Of a DNA stretch of 64,000 nucleotides, positions 13,235 through 24,480 are shown piece by piece (positions within the stretch are counted from its first letter, which is position 1; each line of letters opens with the position of its first letter). The notes beneath the pieces are model-generated. The model saw only the letters and a program-made list of their open reading frames with translations. It did no database searches and had not been told where the DNA came from. The stretch is from Pavona decussata (Eukaryota): the NCBI GenBank assembly GCA_977016875.1, contig CDRNST010000274.1, forward strand, positions 744,001 through 808,000, read 5' to 3'. The position numbers and the translations under genes were made by a program.

Positions 13235-14900
13235 AAGTCCAATCTGGTCGGTGGACGGATATTTCTTCCTCTGTGGGAGGTGGAGATGGTCGACAAGATC
13301 ACAGAGTCAGTACAGACAACACCGTTTAGACCGTCGTCGGTGAAATCGGCATCCTCCACAAATGGATCTGTCACACATTCATCACCTTCAATGCATGGTT
13401 CCCTTGCCTCTCTAAAAACACTGACCACTTTGTAAATTTCCTCTGGTAGTATTATTTCCTCGCTAGCCGGTGGTGTAAAGGCATCAAGGACCAATCCCAC
13501 AGCTTCCTTAGGTAAGTCGACTTGATCTTTTCTTTCAAAAAGAAATATATTTTGCTCAGAGGGAATAAAGATATTGATCTTTGGCATATGCGATCTATGC
13601 TGATCTTGGTGGATATCTTGAGCAGCAACTCCAAGATAAAAAGGTGTGGAACTGGTAACTGATCTTTCAGCAATACCGACGAGGCTTGGTTTTATAATAG
13701 CCAGAATAGTTTGCGTCGAAAATAACACGTCAGCATTGGAGTTCAAGCTGTCTTGCCTTGAGGTAGAGGTCGCACCGGGGAGAACGAACGACTGCGGATT
13801 GGTATAAGAGTACAGTGGAAGTGGTATAAGAGTACAGTGGAAGAGTTCCAACGTTGTCCTTCTTGGATTGGTTTCTTACGGTCAGTTGTACAACTAGTTG
13901 GCCGTAATTATCACGCCAGTCACGCAGAATCTTCTGGTCTCCAGCTAGTGCGCATGGATTTTGTAGGGAGTTGCAGGATGATTGGGACATCAGTAAATTG
14001 AAGACTGCCACCGTCAAGGAGCTCATAGAACGATGAGAAGGCAGTGAAGTAATGAAAGCCACATTTCGTCAACTGTTCGACGTTCTCTTTCATCGTTGGA
14101 CCAAAGAGGTGTGCATATTCAAGAACCGTTGGCGTAGGGTTCCTTGATCGCATCTTACTGAAAATGTGCTCCACGACAAGTGTTAGTAAAGATGCAAGTC
14201 GCACATTAGTAACGTAGTAGGCATTGATATAGTTCAGGATTCAGGATTTGATATAGTTCAGCATTTCAAGGGATTCCAGTATGATTTTCACACTCTGAAT
14301 GCTCTTTGAAGAGGGTGTACCTCGGGGACCTTGTACAGTAGACGCTCGAGAAAGCGATTCCGCTGTTTGTCACTCCCATGTGCTTAACAAGGATGAGACA
14401 TCACGGAAAGCTGCTATGGCTTGAGAGATAGTGTAGACATCGGGAGAGATCCCAGGCAAATGAATACTGAATGTTCTACCAACAGTATCAGTTTGTTTTA
14501 GGTAGAGGGAAATTGCTGATGTAGGGGTAACAATGCAGACGCATCCCACAGTGGTATCAGCGACGTACAACAGAAACAGCTGTGGGCTGTTCGAAGGAGC
14601 AAGAACTTGAGGAACCATCTTAAGATTAATTAACTCCCGAGCCAGCAATATCTCTCACACTGTCGTTGGACAACAAGCGCAATTTACGGGCATCTCTGTC
14701 CGTGAATGTCACGTTTCCGTTCTCAGCAACTTGCGATTCCGTGGATGCTCTGGTAGTTGGTAGCTGATAGTTGTTTGACACTAAAGCTGTGTTAAAAAGT
14801 GTTGACAGGCCAGCGCGACTCCGGCAGTGTGCAAAGAAATTTCTTATAAAGCCTTCAACGGTACCTTTGCTCTGCTTAATGATTTTAATCTTGATCATGA
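13235..14900 (-). pseudogene. Disrupted transposase-like ORF: NHL blades + VEHIFSKMRSRNPTP motif + C-terminal RGRNIRPPTRLDL
   Basis: ORF-track pieces 14626-14898, 14370-14648, 13920-14204, 13730-14062 and 13003-13851 stitch together through stops and frameshifts, including a 22-bp tandem duplication at 13801-13843. The N-terminal part is missing. Confidence 0.7.
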
Positions 14901-15227
14901 AGAGAAAAACTCAAATACAGTCGAACCTCCCTTTGCGACCACTTCTCATTAGCGACCACTTTTCCAAAATACCAAAAGTTTTCAAGTCAAATCACTATAG
15001 ATGGAACCTGTCGTAGGCGACCACCTCTCGTAAGCGACCACTTTTAGAGGTGATTGTTTAAAATTTTCAATTGTTTTAACCTCCCGTAGGCGACCACTTG
15101 ACACACAATCTGCTGTCTCTCTCAAATTGAAATTGAAAACTTTGTCGCTGTAACGTATTGGTCACATCATTACAGTAGACGCCATAAATCTCACAGTCGG
15201 AGCTACCGGACGGTAGCTGAGTCTGAA

Positions 15228-15444
15228 TAGACTGCAAGCAGTCCCTTTCTGGATAGTCGAGAGGTCACGCGAAATAGCCGAGCGCGAAAAAAAAAAAAAA
15301 AACCAGAGGGAATGAGCAGAGGGGGGCTTGGGGAGGGGCGGAAAAAAGCCCCAGTCTCTTCTCGTTTATTTTCTCCTCGCTCCAGTCTCGCTGTACTATG
15401 AGCACACCATCTCGACTGACCAGAAAGGGACTGCTTGCAGTCTA
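15228..15444. mobile_element. MITE with TAG termini and 9-bp TSD (AcademH-like)
   Basis: TIR TAGACTGCAAGCAGTCCCTTTCTGG; TSD GAGTCTGAA at 15219-15227 and 15445-15453. Confidence 0.85.
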
Positions 15445-15926
15445 GAGTCTGAACAAATGAGGTCTTTTATAGGTGGTCCAATAGCGCGAGAGAATTTTCG
15501 ATCATAGTTTCAGCTAAGGTGAGGAGTTGTCGCTCTCCCTAAATAATAAATGCATTGTCGCTGTCACATATTGTCGCGCTTTTTACGTCCGTTCCTGTCG
15601 GCTGTCGCTGTTTTGGGAAAAGATTGTCGCCACATTTTGAGGTCATGTCGCTTGTCGGCAAAACCCCTTGGAGGGCCTCTAATCTGGGATCAGGTGGGTT
15701 TTTTTCTGAGAGGCTGAGAAGGAAAAAAAAGACGAAATGAGATGTATGATGATATGTACTCTTCGGGTAACATAAAAGGCACGCTTTTCTGTTGCTTAGC
15801 TCAGTACATCGTGGACAAGTCCACACAGTTTTTTGATATTTTCATACCATAAGCATTAAATAAATCAGGGTAACAGCCGGTCCTTCAGCACGATACCAGT
15901 ATGTGGTCTGGCTCATGGACTATAAA

Positions 15927-16307
15927 CAGGGGCTCCCGACGACAATTTTCTCTCAGATCCTTTGAAACGTTATTTTAGGCTACTGGAGTTGCTTTAAAGC
16001 TCTATCGGTTCATTTGAGGCAGCGCTATAATATTTTTATCTGTTCGGTCATTCTAGGGGAATTTGAGTCTTTTCGAAATTAGAAGGGCATTTTTGTCCAT
16101 TTCCCGAAAACCTTAGGTCTTATTTCCTTTCCGAAAATCTTAGCTGGCCTTTTTTCGAAAACAATATTTTTATCAGTCCGAAAGCACTAGGCCTTAAATT
16201 TCCCATATCACGAAAGTTCGTGGTGAAAATTCCCTTTAGACAATTGTAGGGGATTAAGGGCCCTCCGAACAGATAATTTACCGAAGCGATCCGTTGGGTG
16301 CCCCTTG
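15927..16307 (-). mobile_element. Second, inverted copy of the CAGGGG MITE, 6-bp TSD TATAAA
   Basis: Reverse-complement homology to 12482-12868 over the full length; TSD at 15921-15926 and 16308-16313. Confidence 0.9.
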
Positions 16308-19300
16308 TATAAAGAACACTAGCTATGTATATAGTTTTCGTACGCTTGTATTTTGGTGAGAAAAGCCGCGTGCTGTCCGTGTTGAAAGCCGCTCAGGGCC
16401 ACCGCTCAAGCAGATCGAGATTGTCGCCAAAGTCGACAGGCATTGAACGCGTAAAATGGAAGGAAGAAATACACTGACGGTGTTCCGTGTTCTTTCGCAT
16501 ATTGTTCTTTGGCGGTCCGAAATCATTTGGCTGTTAAAATCGTTGCGCCACGGGTGCTAGATAGTTGGATGCCCTAATTAAACAATTAATAAATTCAAAA
16601 ATTAATCTCCTCAATGGAAATCCTGCATATGTGGCGTATTGTAGTAGCGAGGTGCGTGCATGGGCTATCGAGGCTAACATGAGTAAGGTCAAAACTTTTT
16701 TCTTTTTCTTTTTTTATCTTTAGAAGCAAACCACTCCAAATTAAAGGATCCAAACAATTGTCAAATTTTGAACTTTCCTAAAAATTGCAAAAATATTCGT
16801 GGAGCTCAATCTCGTAGAAGGGAAAAGCTAAAAATCCGTTAGCGGCGAAGGAAGCAGAAAAATTGAGACCACTGGCCTTTATGGCTTTCTTGTTAAATAT
16901 GATTTATATTTCGAGTCCTAGGTTAGGCCAACCGCACAAAATGCGAACAATATTATTATGACATTTATTACCAAGGGAAATAAATAATTTTATGCAGCCT
17001 ACGTCGCGTATCATTATCCCGGATGCATATACAGCTGTATGGGTCACATCCAGGGCTTCAATAGGATTATGTTTAAGCATCTAAGCATGCGGTAACTGGC
17101 TTCTTTCATTACAGCTTCAGTGAAGGGCAAACATCCACCCCCCCCCCCCCCCCCCATAATTACCCCTCCCATGTTTGGTGCATTCGCGTCGGTACATGGT
17201 ATCATAATTAGGTCAAGTCAGGCGTGTTCGCCCTCACCTTTGCTGGGAAAAGGTTCTCATTTCCACATATTTTGTAAGTTGATGTTATATTTATCAGTAA
17301 ACGGCCACTTAACTGTGTGGCCAAGTTATGGCAAATGTTACGTCAGTCCAGTCCTCTCCAGTCCTCTTCCCAGCAAACGAGCTCAGCCTCAACAATGCAC
17401 ACCGTTAAGTACTTTCCTTAGTAAGCGAGCAAGGGGCATAAAATGTTTTATACTTTGCAAGTCACACTCATTTGCTCATGGCATATATCCAGGAATCCTT
17501 GTAGCGTGGTTTGATGCGAGTACTGCATTATGGTTACCACTATTCACTTGGACATTCATGATCGAGTTGGTTCACAGGAGCCTTTGATTCTGAAGGGTCT
17601 TCAAGGTCATTAAGTACTCTACGGAGAGAAGGAACAAAAGCGGAAGACTCTTGATACCAGTGTAATCTTGTGTAGACAGATGCTGTCTAACGATATAGTG
17701 TAGGATCAGGATGGATCGGAGAAATCTTTGTATTTTAGAAGGCGTGCTTGGTGACCAAAATATTTTAATTTAGGTTTTTTATTTGTATTAAAAGATAATT
17801 TAAGGGGACACCGATACAAGGCTCCGAAAAAAAAACAAAATAGCACGATAGTATATGTCATGTTTAGTGTGAAGTTGAAAAATGCTACTCTGTCATGTCT
17901 GTAAACGTTTGTTTACGTGTTCAAGCCGGTTATTGGTCGTTTTTATACTAGAGGACGCATTATCTGTCTGGACGAACTATCTTACGTTGTTCGTCTTGAA
18001 CGACGCACAACGAAAAATAGTTCGTCCAGAAGATAATGCGTCTTGTGCCCGTCTTTACCAGCATTCGGAAAAGTTTGTCCTTGCTCAAAGTAGTTTTGTG
18101 ATAATTCAAACTGACTAACTAGCTCACTACCACGTATGGTTTTATCTTTGGTTCTCTGCTCTCATAGAGTGAGAAGATGTGGATACGGGATCACTCAATT
18201 AAAAACAACAGTTGCTAGGTAAAAATAATTGTGACATTAGTAAGATAATCTTACTGGTGGGAAAAAATACCTCTGTCATGAAAATAATTTAAAGAAAAAT
18301 AAAAAGGTTTCGTCTGCACTTTAGCTTTTTACTTCTATTACAGTTCAAATTCATAGTCTTTACCAGATGCCAACAGTATGGCGTGACCTAGCTAATTCTC
18401 GAAATACCAGAAACATCAGCAATCTTAAGGAGGTCATCTGGAATGCCCTCATTTGCACAGTAAACGTTGTATTACTTTATATGGAGACAGTCGAAACAGT
18501 CGTCTTTCGGCATGGTTGCACTGCATCGTGTTTAACCATTGCGCCATTGGCCACAAATCATCATGCCAAAAATAAATCTACGCAATCCAAAATCCGCATC
18601 ATGCACACATACGCAATAGGAAATGAACTCAGCTGCTATTCACGAGTTTCATGCAGGATTCAATTTCCCCCGGGCCGGCATCAGACCTATTTCAGATCCA
18701 TCCGGGGCCTGCCCGCAATATCGCGGGGGTTCCTTCTGTTTTCCCCGTCAGTAGCATGCACAGCTGGCCATCGTGCTGTGCATCAAATCAACACGCGCTG
18801 GGCTCGTGTAAATCGAACCACCGATAGCTATTTTGGTGCACATCTGTAATGCTCTATAGATTTTCGATTTCAGGGAAACAGAAACTTAGCTATCGAAAAT
18901 GCGGATGCATCATGTTTATAGGGAAATAGAGTTACGAAATCTCCATGTTTAGAAATGCTTTGGAGTCTCGTCGTTCTAACCAAATTTAGTTCACATTGTC
19001 TGTATGAAAATAATTAACTAAGCTCATTGGATTAATCTTATCCTGCACCCATAGGCTGTAGCTATAAAGGCCTTTAGTAGAGATGGTTACATTAAAAGTA
19101 GGATGAAAGCTAGCATTCTGATCTGTTGATAATTAATCAAGGACGGGGATGAAAGTCAGGTTTCGATCTTGGAATTGCCAAACAAAGTCTCAACGGCGTC
19201 TTTCATCCTTCGGTTATGATCCTCGATGGAATTGCGGAAGTGGGTCGAGACATAGTGTATAGTTAGGTTCTAGACCTTGTATAGTAAGAACCGCACAGGA

Positions 19301-19829
19301 AATGATCATGAGGAAATAGTAGCAAGCTGAAATACATAGAAGGGTTTTAAATACTGCTTGAGCATATTTGGAAATTGAAACTAAAATTTGACACGCTTCA
19401 GACCTTCTGAAAGGTGTCTTGTTTACAACGATGGCTTGTTTATACCTTACCTAGAATGCCAAGTGACCTAATTGATCGGCTGCGTTCTATCAATCGCTGT
19501 CAACGGTTCTCACCGAGTCGAATTGAATTTCATACAATTGCGTTGTAATCAACCGTTTTTTTATTTTTACAAAGCTGAGGTAAAGGACTTGAAATAGTAT
19601 TTCGATGATAGTTCAAACACTCGTTCACTCAAAATTCTTGGTCCCGTGTCACATTTGTCTTTGAACCAGAATCTGCAAGCCGGGAAATTAAACTGCGTAT
19701 CCCATCCTCTTCAGTACAAGAATAATCTGCAACACATATGTACCATTACTGCACATGGACAAAACAAAACTGAAGTAAAATAATAAAAAGGAAATGAAGA
19801 AATATAAATAAATATTAGACTCGTAATAA

Positions 19830-19990
19830 TCAAAGACTAGGACTGAGTGCGTTCGATGATCTCGATCCCAGGCTCTTTGCCAAGTTGGTGATGATGTCAT
19901 TCGCCTCTGCAAAATCTGCGGGGGATGCCGGATATTCGTTCAAAGATCCATTCGTCCCATGCAATCCAATCTGTATAAGGAGTGCGTTCT
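19830..19990 (-). repeat. Dispersed repeat, homologous to 53690-53870
   Basis: Reverse complement matches the JNK-intronic copy (GATTTTGCAG..GAATGAC.TCATCACCAACTTGGCA..GAGCCTGGGATCG). Confidence 0.75.
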
Positions 19991-22900
19991 GTCTACGTCG
20001 AATGCAAAAATGAAAGAACGAACAAGGAGGTAAGACTGGCTTTGGACGTATTGATCAGTTCGTATAGTTCGTGAGTTGGCCACGAGTATGCAAGGTCGAC
20101 GCTGAACAAAGCGTATTTGTTTGTTCGAGTTACCAATCATAACGGATTCTACAGCAGCTGTTGGTGCTGACCACAGCTAATCTAACAAACGTCAGTCACC
20201 TTATAATGTAAACGCATGGATCATTGTGGGGACTGAATAATTATTGCTCTTATCCGACAGCTGTTCCAGTTTTACAAACAATGAAATTTGCCATCTCTTT
20301 TCCAGACTTAAAATCAAAGCCTTAAAATCAAAGTTGAGGTCATTTTAATGATCAAAAAAGGACGCAACAGACACAATTGATGAAAAACAAACAAACAAAC
20401 ATATCGAAGAGACCCTGATAACTTGAAATCACATAAAATAGTCCGAAAGTCTTTCTTAACTACGAAACTGTATTCGGTTCACACTGACTCAATTTATGAC
20501 GAATCTGAGCTATAAATATATGTTATTGATCTAGCTTGTTCGGTCCGCATTGAGAAAATATTGTTCAGGATCAAGTTCTCTTTTTGCAAGCCTGTTTTGG
20601 GACCGAGCCGAAAGCGAAGTCCACAAAAAGAACGAGACCAATATTTACCCAATTACGGACCAAACAAGCTACCGTCCAATAAGGTTTTTATTTAAGGCTT
20701 TCTCATTGTTGCTTTCAAGTCTGCGTGAAACTTGTTTATGTTCTTAACTTGCTTAGAATGGATAATATAATCGGTCGCTTTCGTCGCTAGTACAACTCCG
20801 ACATAACGGTTTGCATTGAACAGTTCCTACTCCAAAAGCTTAATTTAAAACATTTTTGCTTTGTTTTTGTCAAAATTGAAACCCTTCTTGGCCTTTCAAG
20901 CGTACGTTGTAACGCAAGCGGTTGATCTTTACGGTTAGCCGTCGGTATAGGAAAATTTGGACCGCTCAGGGAGCCAATCAGATTGCTTCTATTCAGTGCA
21001 GACCACTGTGTTCAGCTAACTTGTGCTAGTGAAGTTTTGCGTCCTTATCTGTACGATTACCTACAAACAAAGCTGAAATAGCTGTAAGCTAGTTTACAGA
21101 TATATGCCACGATAAATAAACTGAGACAATTAAAATTAAAAATATTTTCAACTCCAGTACTGATTAAAAACGTCATGTAATCAGCATAAAATCGTCCACC
21201 AAGCGGAGATGACTAAGAAAAAGTCGAAACCAATCTGGATATTGACAGTCCTTATTCCTTAATGAACTGTTTTTAGCCAATACTTTCGATAATATGAAGT
21301 GCATAGAACGTTGAAATTTGAGACGCTTGATACGATTGGTTGTTATTTTAGGCGCCAAACGTAATGCTCGAAAAATAGGGGCGGCTAATTATTTTTGACA
21401 GCAGGAAATTGTCATGTCCCCAGATTATTGGCATCGCTGACTCTTGTCATGGGCTTCCTGTTTGAATCGCGTGGGATTTTTACTACCCGGGGAAACCTAT
21501 AAGATAGGACAATAACTGATCACATCTATGGGAAACATCGAGGAAAGGAAAATTATAATAGACGAGGAAAGTGTCTCTAATCTAACAAGAGGTCCCCTTT
21601 ACTTCGGAGGTTCCTGAAAAGGTGACAAATCCTAAAAAATTTCCCCCAACTAAATGTACCTTCGAGGGCTGCATTTTTCTTCTCATATATGCGTTGTTTG
21701 GACTTGGAGGGCGCGACTCGAAATCAAACTATTATATATGTACCCCGATTTACTGCACATGCTAAGCCGGTCGTGATACTTCAGCAAACTGCTGGTCCTA
21801 TGACTATCAAAAGAGGGGAAACCCTTAGAGGCACACACCTGAGAAAACATGATCTTGGAATATGAAAAGTCCTGTTAAAATGAACTTTTCGATGTGCTAG
21901 TACGTTGCGTTGTTTAGTTAAAAGGCTGTAAAACGTGAGTTTAACTACAAAAATTCCCTGGATTATTTAGGGGAACTAAATTTCCACGAAGTTTTTCGTT
22001 TTTGCTTTACTTATTTATATATTTTGATTTTCAAAAAAAAAAAAAAAAAAAGACACGAATATGTGCATGCGGACTGGTATTGTTTTCGACGTTATGGGTG
22101 ATTAATTCAAGCTAATCCATGTCAGGAAAACATAGTACCTACACTGTACCTACGTCAAAAAACTAAACTGACGTTCTTGATAATAATTATTTGAAATTTG
22201 AACAAAACAAGAAACCTTGTTGAAGGAACAAAAAATAACTGACTGATCTCTCCAAAATCGCGAGGATAAAGGATGTCTGTATACAGGAATACTCAGGCCT
22301 GAGCCGTGAGAGCCGAGCGACTGCTTCACTCCGCTTCATTCTAAGATAACCGCTGCTATTCAGGGACAGAGCGTTTCTTTCTGGTAACTTTTTTTCAGCA
22401 TGTGCGCAGTCGTTCACCGTCTGTATTTCGTGTAGTTGGACGCTAAAAAAGCCAACTTCGTGAGATAAAGAGACGCGAACGACTTCGTACATACTAAAAA
22501 ACTGAAAAAACTTTCCAGACAGAAACGCTCTTCTAGCAGGATGACGGAGGGGAAAACGCCGGGGAGGTTTTATACTTTGAAGACAACGTACACAGGCCTC
22601 GACACGAGGGGTAGCCGCATTTCCAGTTTTGCGTTCTTAGCCCGGGTTATGATAGCTCGCAAGTGGGGTATAGGTCGAAAATTAAGAAAAATTGGCGAGC
22701 CGGGCGAGCGGAGCGCGGTTCGGTCCTGTTTACAAGCAGTTTGGGTCATGCGCTTCACTCATGAATGCTAAAGTCCAAAAACCCGATATTAACAAAGGAT
22801 TTGGTTTTTGAACCGTTTTGTAGTGAAATAGGGTATCGGATTTTAACCGTCTTGGTATGAAAGTCTGAAAATGGGTTTGGATTCTAAAAGCCGGGTCGGA

Positions 22901-23362
22901 AAAGAATACCGAAAAATTAGATGTGGGTCTCAGTTGGATTAGGGTTTGGAAAACCGAGCCTCCTCGTACTCCACCAAAAATTCAGAGGAGTACCCCCTCA
23001 CCAGGCAAAAACCTAACATGAGCAAACCTGGCAAAATCTAATCATTTTCCGATATTATTTATGTATTTTAGACCGCTTTAGACGGATGAGCGGCAGGTTA
23101 AAAAGGCGTCAATAGACAAATATTATACCAGATTCATAAAAATCCCCTGTCCTCCTGAGTCTGAATGCTTCACGCGGTTTCATAGCTTTATATAACCCGC
23201 CGGTCCACGCTACTCCAGTATGGTCTACGTTTATTCCTTCTATAGCGATGATTTACATGTAGCATTGAATAAGCTGGTACAAGGCTGGTACTAAAAGTCA
23301 TTAAAGCCGGTAGTAAAATATACTGGATGATGTATTGAGTGCCCCCACGGGTGTTAACTGTC

Positions 23363-24480
23363 GGGGATTTTTCCCGACCGCAGGGAATTATTATAACAAT
23401 GACGAGCGACAATGACGCGAAAATAAGGGAAAATACCTCCCACAGCCCCAATAATAAGCGCGGTTCGCGTTCATTTCGCCACAAGTTTGAAAAGATTTAC
23501 GTGCATTGTCGACGATAGTGTTCGTTACTATGATGTTGACTGATCATGGAGCTTTAGATTCTGTGAAGGCAGAAAATTCTCGCCTTCGCAACGCGTTGTT
23601 GGTGATGGTCACCGACAGAAAGAAAATGGCGTCGAAACTTACGGGCGTTCAAAACCTAGGACATCAGTTACAAAAGAAGGAGCAAGAAATTAAGTCTCTT
23701 TTAGAAAGGAATGAACGGTTGGAAGGTTCTTTAGCGAGAGCAGAGAACAGAATAACACAACTAAGTCTACTAGCGGGAAACGGACAACAAGCGCTCGCTA
23801 GTCAAGGCGCCATTGTTACGCCAGGAGTTTCGAAAAAAGTTCTGGAGGCTCTTACTAGGGAAAACACTAAACTTAAGCAGGCATTGGATCATTTAACGGG
23901 TAAAGGACCAAGTGGAGTAGACTTAGCAGTGGTATGTATTAAAATTTTGCTTTCTTGATGAAGATTTTCATGAATATCTGATAACGAAGACGAATTAAGT
24001 TGAAGTCTGTGAGGCGAAGAACGGAACTTGTTGTTCTGCATCATCATCATGACAATTTTTATTGAATCAGTGATCTAAGCAGCATGAAACAAGCAAGTTT
24101 GTGCGTTTTTTCTTTCGAAGTAAATTTCAAGATCGAAATATTCTTTATCATTTTCTTTCGTTTGCATCGTAATAGCTTTTTATAATTCAGGGATTTTTCC
24201 CACATCCCGCCCAAGCAACCATTGGTGACCTCGAGCGACCGCGTCACAGTTGATTTTGTGCACGCATTCAAAATATGCTTCGTCGTGCGTTTTTTTTTTT
24301 TTTGTTTTCGCGTCCTTATCTTGAATTATATTTCGCTAAGCTTTCCGCGTGGGAATAAAATAATTTCCAACACAAAGAAATGTCTAGAATACGACGCCTT
24401 TCTGAGTATTTGGCAAACTGTCGTTTCGAAACCGAAAGTAATTTGAATAATGTATTGTCCAAATAAGTAGGGGATTCCCC
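23363..24480 (+). promoter_or_regulatory. Candidate NF-kB sites in the promoter and intron 1 of the UBAN gene
   Basis: GGGGATTTTTCCC at 23363-23375, GGGATTTTTCCC at 24190-24201, and consensus GGGGATTCCCC at 24470-24480. Confidence 0.4.

Larger units (their letters stand above)
12235..15678 (-). mobile_element. 3.4-kb DNA transposon with a decayed P-like transposase fragment containing NHL repeats; hosts nested MITEs
   Basis: TIR AGGCCCTCCAAGGGG / CCCCTTGGAGGGCCT. Flanking direct repeat CTAATCTG at 12227-12234 and 15679-15686. TGTCGC subterminal repeats occur at both ends. Confidence 0.85.

Noticed and set aside
12482-16307. Two inverted 385-bp repeats as the ends of one composite transposon
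   Set aside because: Each copy has its own TIR pair and its own different TSD, so they are independent insertions.
17120-18849. ORFs 17120-17587 and 18367-18849 as genes
   Set aside because: No recognisable motifs. Nearby splice-like signals on both strands could not be joined into an open frame.
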